Shown in pieces: positions 38,086-48,780 of a DNA stretch of 64,000 nucleotides. Every line of letters begins with the position of its first letter. Position 1 is the stretch's first letter. The position numbers and the translations under genes were made by a program. Below the pieces are notes generated by a model, which saw only the letters and a program-made list of their open reading frames with translations, made no database searches and was not told the origin of the DNA. The DNA comes from an uncultured delta proteobacterium (GTDB lineage Bacteria > Myxococcota_A > Polyangia > Polyangiales > B10-G4), in the NCBI GenBank assembly GCA_963727445.1, contig CAVSGI010000010.1:320001-384000 (forward strand), written 5' to 3'.

Positions 38086-38705
38086 GAGGCCTCCTTCCGC
38101 GCGGCGTAGGCGTCGGCTGCCTCGCGAAGCGCCTTCATGAGCTGGCCGAGGGCGAGGCCGCTGAGCCCGAGGGCGAGGATGGTCATCACCTGTTGGTAGC
38201 GGGGGACGCGCATCTCGGGGCGGCGGAGCCAGGCATCGCCCACCAGCACCACGTAGCCGCCGATGGTGGCCAGGGTCGTGTAGCGGACCAGCGGGCGACT
38301 CAGGCGGAGGGGCGCGCCGGCGAGGATCACGAAGTAGGCGATGACCAGCGGGCTCTTCGGTCCGTCGGCGATCAAGAGGATCGACGTCAAGAGCACTACG
38401 TCGATGGTGGTGGTGACGTACTTCAGCGCCTCGGGGAAGCGCCGGCTGCGCATGGTGATGATCACGCCGAGCGCCGAGGCCATCCACGCCACCGCGAGCG
38501 CGGTGACCGCGGCGTGGAAGGTCTGGTCCACGCCCTCGACCCGCTCGAAGCTCAAGGAGCCGAGGTCCAGGCCGTGGTAGTTCAGGAGCTCGACCGCGTA
38601 GAAGCACGCGATGGCGAGGATCCGCATCAAGTTGGCCCGCTCTTCGCCGCGATACGACCACACACGACGAACGACGTGCCAAGCGCTCGGGAGTGCGTCG
38701 GACAT
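38082..38705 (-). CDS. Multi-pass membrane hypothetical protein
   Basis: About 6 hydrophobic segments; 'KYVTTTIDVVLLT...GPKSPLVIAYFVIL' resembles membrane anchor domains of cyclases/kinases, but no catalytic domain follows. Confidence 0.72.
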   Translation of the reverse strand: MSDALPSAWHVVRRVWSYRGEERANLMRILAIACFYAVELLNYHGLDLGSLSFERVEGVDQTFHAAVTALAVAWMASALGVIITMRSRRFPEALKYVTTTIDVVLLTSILLIADGPKSPLVIAYFVILAGAPLRLSRPLVRYTTLATIGGYVVLVGDAWLRRPEMRVPRYQQVMTILALGLSGLALGQLMKALREAADAYAARKEAS

Positions 38706-38756
38706 GGCCGGCACTGTCTCACGACGGCGTGAAAAATGGGTGGGGGAACTTCGCGA

Positions 38757-39731
38757 TCACTGCGCGGCCGTCGGGCGCGCGACGAGGGTGATCGCTCGCC
38801 GGTCCTCCTCGGCTCTGGAGAGCAAGCGGCTCAGGCGGTCGGCGACGGAGGTGCGGTGGGTCGGCAGGCTGAATGCGTCTCGGTCTTCGTGACATCGCGC
38901 GCAGGGCATCGTGGTGAGGGCTTGGGGGGCGCCGAGGTCGAGGAGGAAATCGTCCGCGCCGAGATCGGGAATGCGGCGAACCTCGGTCTCTTCGCGGAGC
39001 AGCAGCTCACCGCACGCGAGCGCGGCGCGATCGAGATGGAAGACGCGTGCTCTCGCCGGACCGTCTTCGTCGAGCTCGAGCAGCTCGATCTCGCCAGCGA
39101 CCCGCGAGAGGTACGCGGCGCCGGCATCGTCGAGGGCGACGAGCTGGCTCGCGAGGGCGCGCGCTTCGTGGTCACCCCGTACGAAGAGTCGAAAGACGCG
39201 TCTCAGCCCGAAGAGACGTTCGTGGGTGAGCACCACGTGCTCGGTGTCGAGCTCGCGCCAGCCGTCTCGCGAAGCGAGCACGTGCTCGACGATCGGCGGT
39301 GCGTCGACGCTGTCGAAGCGCGCGCCGGATGGGAGCGCGAAGCGGGTGATGAAGTCGTCGAGGGCGGCGAGCAGTGCCTGGCTCTCGGGTGACGAGATGC
39401 CCGTCGCGCGGAGGCGCGCCGCGGCCCCCCAGGCGTCTCCTTGTGTGACGACCGCCACTTCGGGGCGCACCTGACTCGCGTGGCGCGCCGGGACCCGGGA
39501 GAGCGCCGCGGTCAGCTCGCTGGCTCGGGCGAGCACGCCCTCGCTGTCGGCCGAGAGCAGCGCCGGCTCACCATTCGACGTCGTGACGGCGTACACGCGC
39601 GCGAGCGCCGCGCTCCCGTAGGATGGAGCGTCGCACGACGTCGTGGCTGGCTGGCGCACCTCTTCGTCACAACCGTCGCAGCTCCACAAGAAAAAGGGCA
39701 GCGCGAGGAGGAGCGCTCGAGGCCGATTCAC
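38757..39731 (-). CDS. Hypothetical lipoprotein with a single CxxCH (possible c-type heme site)
   Basis: Leader LLLALPFFLWSC; 'PCARCHE' near the C-terminus; GTG overlaps the acyl-CoA dehydrogenase stop. Confidence 0.6.
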   Translation of the reverse strand: MNRPRALLLALPFFLWSCDGCDEEVRQPATTSCDAPSYGSAALARVYAVTTSNGEPALLSADSEGVLARASELTAALSRVPARHASQVRPEVAVVTQGDAWGAAARLRATGISSPESQALLAALDDFITRFALPSGARFDSVDAPPIVEHVLASRDGWRELDTEHVVLTHERLFGLRRVFRLFVRGDHEARALASQLVALDDAGAAYLSRVAGEIELLELDEDGPARARVFHLDRAALACGELLLREETEVRRIPDLGADDFLLDLGAPQALTTMPCARCHEDRDAFSLPTHRTSVADRLSRLLSRAEEDRRAITLVARPTAAQ

Positions 39732-41656
39732 TCGGCGGCGTGGGCCTGCCCGTCGCGCTCGCGCGCCGCGAGCTCTTCGAGGAGGCGGTCGCCGGTGGTG
39801 GTGATCTCGTCCGCCCAGTAGCGGCAGCGCGGCTCGGCGCGCTCGAGGTAGCGCTCCAGCACCTCGCGGCGGTGCGGGTGCTTCTGCGCCTGTTCGAGGA
39901 GGATCTCGCAGACCATTTCGTCGGCGAGGAGCTTGGTCAGGCGTTCGGCGTGGAGCATGGCGAAGGCGAAGTCGCGCTTCGGATCCCAGTTCTTGAGGAA
40001 CTTGTCCGGCCACTCGGTGATGGGTTGGTCGGAGACCGAGCGGAACTTGTCGCCGGCCGTCTTGCGCAGCAGGTATTGCTTCACGCCGTCGGACAGGACG
40101 TTGATCTTCGCCACGCGGCGCTCGAGGGGGTCGCGTGCGGAGACCGAGCGCCAGCGTGCCTGCGCCGCGCGTCGCACGAAGCGCTGCGGGCTGTTCATGA
40201 TACCGCCGAGCGTGTCCTTCATGGCCATCAGCGACTGGATCTGGCTGGTGCCTTCGTAGATGGGCATCACCATCGCGTCGCGGAGGAGCTTCTCGGCGGG
40301 ATACTCGTTCATGTAGCCGTTGCCGCCGTGGATCTGGACGCAGCGGCGTGCCATCTGCACCGCCTTCTCACTGGCCAGGTACTTGAGGAGCGGCGTCGCG
40401 CGCCGGGAGAGGCGCTGCCGGCGCTTCGCCTCTCGCTCCATCTCCTCGGCAGACATGCCCGATTGCGAACCTCCAAAGCGCGCGCCGAGGAGAAACTTTT
40501 GTGCGATCTCCTCGTGGTATGCCGCCCAGACAGCCATCGCACGGACGGCCTGGATGTCCGTCTTCATCTCTTCGAGGTAGTCGGCGATCATCTCGTGCCG
40601 GTCGATGGTCTTGCCCATCGAGGGGCGCTCCTCGGCGTATGCAATCGCCGCGCGATAGGCGGCCTCACAGATGCCGATGCACTCGAAGCCCACGCCGACC
40701 CGCGCGTTGTTCATCAGTGTGAGCATGTGCTTGAAGCCTTCGCCCCGCTTGCCGATGAGGTCGGCCGGCGCGCGATCGAAGAGGAGCGCCGCGGTGGTCG
40801 AGCCGTGGTGGCCGAGCTTCTCCTCGACCCGCGTGATCTGCACGATGCGCTCGCGGGTCCCGTCTGCGTTCTCCCGATAGGTGGGCACCAGGAACATGGA
40901 GAGCCCACCGAGGCCCGAGAAGGGATCGTCGAGATCGCCCTGAGGCTCGGTGCGCGCGATGACGAAGTGGTACTTCCCGTGACCCGCGGTGATGAAGATC
41001 TTCTCACCGCTCACGTACCAGTTGCCGTCCTCGTCCTGCTCGCCGACCGTGCGGAGCTGCGCCATGTCGCTTCCGGCATGCGGCTCGGTGATGTCCATGC
41101 AGCCCCAGGCCTTGCCGCTGCGGATCTCCTCGATGTAGTCGGCCCACCGCGTGCTGACGATCCGCGCGTTTTCGGCGTCGATCTCGCTCGTCCCCTCGCG
41201 GATCGAGAAGATCAGCATCGCCATGGCCATGCCGCCGTGGAAGCTGTGATGCGCGAGCACCGAGACGTCGGCGCGTCCCATCATCTCCGAGTTCATGAAG
41301 TAGAGCAGCAGCGGACAGTTCATCCCGCCGAGCTCGCGCGGGATGGTCATCCCGTGCAGCTCGAGGGCGGCGATCTTGCGGAAGATCGCTTCGAACTCGG
41401 CGGGCTGCTTCGGCTCGCCGTCCACCAGCTCGACGCCCTCGCGATCGATCTTGGCCGCGTGCGGCGCGATCTCGTTGGCGGTGAACTCGCCGACCATCTC
41501 CGCGATCTCGCGGTAGAACTCGACCGCCTCCTTCGGATCTTTGAACGCGTCCTTGGCGCGGTAATCGAACTCGGTGAGCCGCACCAGCGGCTCCCAGTCG
41601 ATGCCTTCGCGCATGTAGTACTGGAGGTCTTCGTTGTCTTTGAAGAAGTTCGCCAT
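39728..41656 (-). CDS. Acyl-CoA dehydrogenase family protein
   Basis: MDITEPHAGSD, GEKIFITAG, EEKLGHHGS.T, MNNARVGVG, VQIHGGNGY..EYP, PIYEGTSQIQ. Confidence 0.93.
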   Translation of the reverse strand: MANFFKDNEDLQYYMREGIDWEPLVRLTEFDYRAKDAFKDPKEAVEFYREIAEMVGEFTANEIAPHAAKIDREGVELVDGEPKQPAEFEAIFRKIAALELHGMTIPRELGGMNCPLLLYFMNSEMMGRADVSVLAHHSFHGGMAMAMLIFSIREGTSEIDAENARIVSTRWADYIEEIRSGKAWGCMDITEPHAGSDMAQLRTVGEQDEDGNWYVSGEKIFITAGHGKYHFVIARTEPQGDLDDPFSGLGGLSMFLVPTYRENADGTRERIVQITRVEEKLGHHGSTTAALLFDRAPADLIGKRGEGFKHMLTLMNNARVGVGFECIGICEAAYRAAIAYAEERPSMGKTIDRHEMIADYLEEMKTDIQAVRAMAVWAAYHEEIAQKFLLGARFGGSQSGMSAEEMEREAKRRQRLSRRATPLLKYLASEKAVQMARRCVQIHGGNGYMNEYPAEKLLRDAMVMPIYEGTSQIQSLMAMKDTLGGIMNSPQRFVRRAAQARWRSVSARDPLERRVAKINVLSDGVKQYLLRKTAGDKFRSVSDQPITEWPDKFLKNWDPKRDFAFAMLHAERLTKLLADEMVCEILLEQAQKHPHRREVLERYLERAEPRCRYWADEITTTGDRLLEELAARERDGQAHAAE

Positions 41657-41659
41657 GCA

Positions 41660-42247
41660 TCACCTCTCGTCGAGGAAGAGGCTCGTGCGCGCAATGCGGA
41701 GCAGCTCCTCGTCGAAACTCTCGTCGTCTCCGTTGCCGGCCAGCGCGCCGAGCACCGGGCGGGCGGCCATCCCCGTGAGCACCAGGGTGATCACGTGGAC
41801 CAGATACTTCGCGGGATCGACGTCGGGGCGCACCAACCCCTCCTTCTTTCCCTGCTCGATGTAGTCGGTCAGAAGTGCGATGAAGGGCTGGATCGCTTCC
41901 GTGAGCTGCGCCTTCATCGCGTCCGGGCGGTCCATCAGCTCGCGGATCACCAGCCTCGCCCGGTCCGGGTCGGTCTCGAAGAAGCGGATGAGCTCGCGAC
42001 CGAGCGCGTCGAAGCGACCGTGGCCGCTGGAGATGGTCGAGAGCACCCGTGGCAGCACCTCGCCCCAGTGCCGGGACAACTCGTCCAGCACGCTCTGGCG
42101 GAGCGCGTCCTTGCTCGGGAAGTGGTAGAGCAGGGACGGCTTCTTGATCCCGACCTCGTCGGCGATGGCCGACAGGCTGGTCCCGTCGAAGCCCCGCCGG
42201 GCGAAGAGACGGGTGGCGGTGCTGAGGATCTGGGTGCGAACGTCCAA
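41660..42247 (-). CDS. TetR/AcrR family transcriptional regulator
   Basis: [43 protein letters not shown] start inferred. Confidence 0.92.
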   Translation of the reverse strand: MDVRTQILSTATRLFARRGFDGTSLSAIADEVGIKKPSLLYHFPSKDALRQSVLDELSRHWGEVLPRVLSTISSGHGRFDALGRELIRFFETDPDRARLVIRELMDRPDAMKAQLTEAIQPFIALLTDYIEQGKKEGLVRPDVDPAKYLVHVITLVLTGMAARPVLGALAGNGDDESFDEELLRIARTSLFLDER

Positions 42248-42279
42248 AATGCCTCGTAAAAGCGGGCGAGAGGGCTCTC

Positions 42280-42314
42280 TACCGACCGGTCGATATCTGT
42301 CTACCGCACGGTAG
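42280..42314. promoter_or_regulatory. Two palindromic candidate TetR operators: TACCGACCGGTCGATA (42280-42295) and CTACCGCACGGTAG (42301-42314)
   Basis: Both palindromes share the TACCG half-site and lie about 30-70 bp upstream of the TetR gene. Confidence 0.6.
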
Positions 42315-42437
42315 GCAGGGATGCAAGAGGGCGCGAGCCGCTGTGGGGCCGTGAGGAATGACAGACCGCCCAATTCCAAGGGCGCCGAGATGTGCTTATG
42401 GGTCTCGCCCCAACGCAAAAACGGAGAAAGACACGAC

Positions 42438-44105
<1,668 letters not shown>

Positions 44106-44148
44106 GAACGCAGGCGAAGCGTAGTTGACAGGAAGCGCAGGCCGCGCG

Positions 44149-44334
44149 TCACGTGATGTCCCCGAGGAGCGTCGCTCCCCACGCCAACACGTAGACCGCG
44201 GCCGCGATCCCTGCGCCGATCGACGGGAGGAGCAGCGAGCGTTTGCGTCGCCGGGCGAGGACCGCCGCCGCCCCCAGGGCGAGCGCGGTGGTGGATGCCG
44301 CGACCATGGCGAGGTAGAGGGCGAGGGCGGTCAT
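44149..44334 (-). CDS. Small two-TM membrane protein
   Basis: ATG overlaps the upstream stop (ATGA); two hydrophobic helices around RRRKR. Confidence 0.55.
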   Translation of the reverse strand: MTALALYLAMVAASTTALALGAAAVLARRRKRSLLLPSIGAGIAAAVYVLAWGATLLGDIT

Positions 44335-45266
44335 GATTCGTCCTCGCATCGGAGGTCGTCCGGGGGAGGTCCGTGGCGCAGGTCGAAGGAGACCGCCGAA
44401 GTGAACGCGTCGAAGACCTCGACCCCGATGCCCGCGAGAGACGCGAGGGACACGGACTTCTCGGTCCACATGCAAAGCCGCACACCCTCTCCGTCAGCGT
44501 CGGGCACGTGTCCCGCGAGCGTGGCGTCGACATCCATCGAGTGCGCCCGGCCCGAGAAGCTCACGATGGCGGGACGGTCGGGATCGACGACCAGATGCAC
44601 CGCGTGGTAGCGGCCGTTCGGGACGAGCGTCATCTCGGAGGCGAGGCGGCCTCGCAGATCGATGAACCGCGCCTGGAACTTGCCTCGTTCGCGAACCCAG
44701 AGACGACCCCGTCCACCCGTCACGTGGAAGTGCAAGGGGGCGTGGCTGACGGCGACGGTCACATCGACGGTCCCCCACTCGATGCCGCGCACGTCCAACA
44801 CACGGCGGCTAGTCGGCGGCTCTTCGGCCGACGAAGCGCTGTCCAATGCCACTTCGATGGTGGGCTTGCCCTCGCCGTGGTTCACCACGACGACCCGCGT
44901 CTCCTCGGCGTACAGGTGGTCGACGTGAAGACCGCGATCGACGAGGGAGCCCCACAGATCGAGATGCGCCCGAACGTTTCGCAGTTGCAAGACCTCCTCG
45001 CCGTCCGGATGCCATGCGCGGATGCTGTTCATCCGAAGCGACGGCAACGACGTGGAGGTGATGCCGCGAACCTCCAGGCGCCCCACGACCTGCCCGGAAG
45101 CGAATCGGGACACCGCTGTCGCGAGGGCCGTGCGTCCGACGGGTGTGGCCAGATGTAGATACGCGCTCAGAAGCGTCACCAGGCCGACACCCAGGACCCA
45201 CGCTGCGATCGCCAACCCGCGCCGCAGGATTCGGCGTGTAAGGGGCTTGTCGGACTTCGAGCTCAT
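44331..45266 (-). CDS. Hypothetical protein with N-terminal TM anchor and beta-rich domain (AsmA/TamB N-terminus-like)
   Basis: Single N-terminal TM followed by 'TPVGR..LA..V' and beta-rich sequence. Confidence 0.55.
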   Translation of the reverse strand: MSSKSDKPLTRRILRRGLAIAAWVLGVGLVTLLSAYLHLATPVGRTALATAVSRFASGQVVGRLEVRGITSTSLPSLRMNSIRAWHPDGEEVLQLRNVRAHLDLWGSLVDRGLHVDHLYAEETRVVVVNHGEGKPTIEVALDSASSAEEPPTSRRVLDVRGIEWGTVDVTVAVSHAPLHFHVTGGRGRLWVRERGKFQARFIDLRGRLASEMTLVPNGRYHAVHLVVDPDRPAIVSFSGRAHSMDVDATLAGHVPDADGEGVRLCMWTEKSVSLASLAGIGVEVFDAFTSAVSFDLRHGPPPDDLRCEDES

Positions 45267-45300
45267 ACAGATGCGCCGTGCCGGCGATGACCGAGGTCCG

Positions 45301-45993
45301 TCAGATCACCGCGTCGATCACGTTCACGTCGACGATCGGTTGAACGACCGTGCGGATGTGGACGGAAGCGGGAAGGTTCTCGAAGGTGGGAACGGTGAGG
45401 GTCAATCCGAGGCGCGCATGCGCCTCCGTCTGGTTCTCCACCGCCGCCTTCAGGCGGTTCAGCGTGGTCATCGGCATGTCCTTCTCCAACGTCCCAGCCC
45501 GCGCCGCAGGGAGATCCGCAGCGGTGAAGATGACCTCTCCGTCGCTCGACAGCTCGAAGTCGGACACGGTTTCGGGGACGCGGATGGGGTTGCCCATCGC
45601 ATCGGAGAGCACGAATTCGGTGGCGTGGATGCGCGCGCTTCGAACCCCGTCGACTTCGAACCCATCGAGCTGATTGCTGACCTCTCGTGTTTGCTGCTCG
45701 TCGAAGATGACGACGTCCACGTCGGGAAGCGCGATCCGACATCCACTTCCCACACTCATCAGGGTGATCGTGTAGGTGTCGCCACTCGGATCCGGGACGG
45801 TGTACATCCCAGTCGGGCAGATGGTCCTGTCGATGCTGCCCAGTTCGTAGGTCGCGTCGAGCTCCACCGGATCGATGTCTCCCTCGCCGAGGGTGATGGT
45901 CACCAGATCCTGTACGGTGTTGCAGCCCGCGAGGAGCGAGAGTGAGAGAAAGAGGGGCGCGATCGCGCGCAAGTCGATTCTCGAACGTTGCAT
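45301..45993 (-). CDS. Hypothetical lipoprotein
   Basis: Lipobox LLAGC; 230-aa ORF. Confidence 0.7.
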   Translation of the reverse strand: MQRSRIDLRAIAPLFLSLSLLAGCNTVQDLVTITLGEGDIDPVELDATYELGSIDRTICPTGMYTVPDPSGDTYTITLMSVGSGCRIALPDVDVVIFDEQQTREVSNQLDGFEVDGVRSARIHATEFVLSDAMGNPIRVPETVSDFELSSDGEVIFTAADLPAARAGTLEKDMPMTTLNRLKAAVENQTEAHARLGLTLTVPTFENLPASVHIRTVVQPIVDVNVIDAVI

Positions 45994-46067
45994 GTAAGAC
46001 CGGTAGTCGCCGATCTCGTGGCGGCAAAGCGACGAGCTCGCGTGCAGGCGGCGCGGTCGTGCGGCGT

Positions 46068-47024
46068 TCAGCCTGCTGAAGCGCCTTCCTGCTCCGCGAC
46101 GACCTCGATTCCACCCGTGTCGAGCTCCGGCCCCGTCCTACGCCACGCTTCGAAGTAGACCTCGAGACGATCGACATACGCGTCCTTTCGCTCGGCGAAG
46201 AGCCGTCGCGCGAGGCGAATGGAGCGCCGTTCGAGCTCCGAGCGAACGCCGTCGGCCAATGTCGTCAGTGCCTCGATCTCCGAGCTGGAGATGGGAGCAT
46301 CCCGCACGACCGTGGCGAGGTCGGCGAGATCGTGTGCGTCTCCGAGCGCATCGCTCAAGTCGTGAAGGTTCGACCGTCGATGCTCGAGGATCGAGCTGGC
46401 CGTCGGGCGGAGCAGGTGCACGTGATACCGGGCGTACTTCACCCGTTTTCTCAGCTGGTGAAACGACTCCAACGTGGGCGCCTGCCCAACCTCCTCGACG
46501 CGTCTTCGCGCCCGCTCATGGGTCTTCGCGACGCCCGAGGCGATCGGTTCGAAGGCGTCGTCCACGCGCACCTCTCCCACGTCCAGCAGCCCGTCCTTGA
46601 TGAGCGCGGTCGCGCGTAGCATCGGAGCGTGGTCCTCCACCAGTTCCTGGGTCCTGCGAGAAGCCTCGTCGGAGAGCCACTCACGTACTTCGCCCAGCCC
46701 GTGGGGCGGAGTCAGGTCGCGGTGCGCACGCTGCAGCCTTTCGAAGGTCGCGAGTCGCGCATGCGCATCACGGTGTTCCGAGAGCTGTCGGGAGGCGTCG
46801 CGGAAGCGGGAGTTGGCGCGGGTGTAGACGTCACCGATCGCGGGGCGGACGAACCGTACGAGCGCTCGCAGCTTCTTGCATCGCTTCCTCACGTCGTGAA
46901 TCGCGTCCTCGATCCGTGACGGGTCGCGAACGCGCGCAGAGGCCACGGCTCGAGCAGTCTGCTCGCCCGCGATCCGGCGAATCGCCGATGTCAGGTCTTC
47001 GCCCCTTCCGAGCCGGTAGCTCAC
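46068..47024 (-). CDS. CHAD domain protein
   Basis: IHDVRKRCKKLRA, RDAH, HQLRKRVKYARY, LGDAHDL. Confidence 0.9.
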   Translation of the reverse strand: MSYRLGRGEDLTSAIRRIAGEQTARAVASARVRDPSRIEDAIHDVRKRCKKLRALVRFVRPAIGDVYTRANSRFRDASRQLSEHRDAHARLATFERLQRAHRDLTPPHGLGEVREWLSDEASRRTQELVEDHAPMLRATALIKDGLLDVGEVRVDDAFEPIASGVAKTHERARRRVEEVGQAPTLESFHQLRKRVKYARYHVHLLRPTASSILEHRRSNLHDLSDALGDAHDLADLATVVRDAPISSSEIEALTTLADGVRSELERRSIRLARRLFAERKDAYVDRLEVYFEAWRRTGPELDTGGIEVVAEQEGASAG

Positions 47025-47127
47025 GCGCCCCGGACGCGCTGCGCAAAGCCCTCGATGTATTCGGCGCGCTTCATCTTCATCTACGTCGTAGGACCGTTGG
47101 CTATCGGCGCAAGACGCGCCGGAACGC

Positions 47128-48415
47128 TCAGCGGCGTTCCCTCCGCGCCCCCAACCGTCCGACGCGCGGCACCAGAAAAAACGCGACCGCCGTAAACCCG
47201 GCGCTCACCGCCACCAACAGCGCGTAGGCCCCCTCCGCGCCGATTTCAGCAAGCCACGCGCTGTAGAACCAGCCACCGGCGGCTTCGGCGAGCCCAGTCG
47301 AGAGGTTCGACACGGACATGAGGATGGCGAAGACGGTGCCGGCGAGCGCGGGCGGGCAGTAGCGTGCGGCCATGTCGAACTGCACCAGCGACGCGAGCAT
47401 CGAGGTGAAGCCGAAGAACGCCGCCACCGCGTAAGCCGACGTCGGACCGCGGAGCGCCAGGAAGCAGAGCGTGGAGAGGATGGCGAGCCCCACGCAGGCC
47501 CAGACGAGTCGGACGAAGGCGACGCGCCGACAGAATCGCACCGTAGGTCGCGCTCGCCAGCACCGCCGCGACCGCCTGAACGGAAACCGTCTCCCCGTAG
47601 AGCGACTCGTCCAGGTGGAGGGCTTCGGTCATGTGGACGTAGGTGACGGAGGCGCCGAAGGGATTGAAACCCACGAAGAAGAGAAAGAGGGCGACGAGCA
47701 GGACCGCGGGATGCCGCGCCGTGGCGCCGAGCGAACGCGCGGCGCCTTTCAACGACGCCTCGCCCCGCGGCGCCGGCGGCTCGCGCACCAGGGTCAGCGC
47801 GACCACGAGCGCACCGCCCGCCGTGAGGGCGCAGATCGCGAAGCCCAATCTCTGCAGGCCGTGCTGCGACAGGTAGCCGCCGAGCCAGCCGGTGAGGATC
47901 GTGGCGGTGTACATCGCGCCCCATTGCATCGACTGCAGTGTCCCAGTGAGGCCTCGTGGCTGGCCTTCTTCCACCATCAGTGCATCGACCACCACGTCGG
48001 TGAAGGCGACGCCCACGGTGGGAACGAAGAGGAGCCCGAGAAGCAAGCCCACCGCACCATCGGGTACGTCGATCAGCCACAGGACGAAGAGCGCGGTGGC
48101 GGTGGCCAGGGTCCAGAGCACCAGCCATCCCTTTCGCCGCGAACCGAACACCGGGACGAAGTCGGTCGCGAGCCCGTAGAGGGGCTTGATCATCCACGGA
48201 ACGGAGAGCAGCGCGGCGAAGGCGCCGATGGCGGCGGCATCGTGCCCCCAGGAACGCAACAGGGAGCGCACCGGCTGCGCGATCAGCCCCTCGGTGGGCT
48301 CCGCCACCCCTTGCACGAAGTAGAGCGCACCGAAGACGAAGAGCAGTCGCCGCCGCTCCGGCGCGCGGTTGCCGTCGTCGGGAAGCATGCTCTCGTCTGG
48401 CGGCGGCATCTCCAT
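47128..48415 (-). CDS. MFS transporter (folate-biopterin BT1-like); apparent frameshift near 47535
   Basis: LYFVQG, PWMIKPLYGLATD, DVVVDALMVE; C-terminus (CPPALAGTVFAILMSVSN) lies in another frame. Confidence 0.82.
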
Positions 48416-48473
48416 GGAACATTTTTGATCAGCGCACCGGCGCGAGGCGACTCAGAGCTGCAAGGAGCCGAAC

Positions 48474-48725
48474 TTGATCTCGAAACGAACGCTTTGTGCC
48501 CTGTCGTTCCTCGTGTCCCTCGGTTGCGGAGGCGGAGCGGACGTGGGCCAGCCCTGCGACACCGTGGGCAGTCCCGATGAATGTGTCGCCAATGCGGTCT
48601 GCACCGACGAGCCGGGCGGAAACGTCTGCGCAGAGGTGTGCATGGAGGACACCGACTGCCCAGCCAGTTACTTCTGTGATTCCGTCCCCGGCAGCGCCCA
48701 GGATACCTGTCAGATCCGGCGTTGA
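48474..48725 (+). CDS. Small Cys-rich lipoprotein
   Basis: Lipobox SLGC; 'VGQPC...C...C..DTDCP..Y.C'. Confidence 0.7.
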   Translation: MISKRTLCALSFLVSLGCGGGADVGQPCDTVGSPDECVANAVCTDEPGGNVCAEVCMEDTDCPASYFCDSVPGSAQDTCQIRR

Positions 48726-48780
48726 TCACGCCCTGCGCGAGGCGGCCGAGCAAACGAGCGAGGGCCCCTCGAGACTCGGT

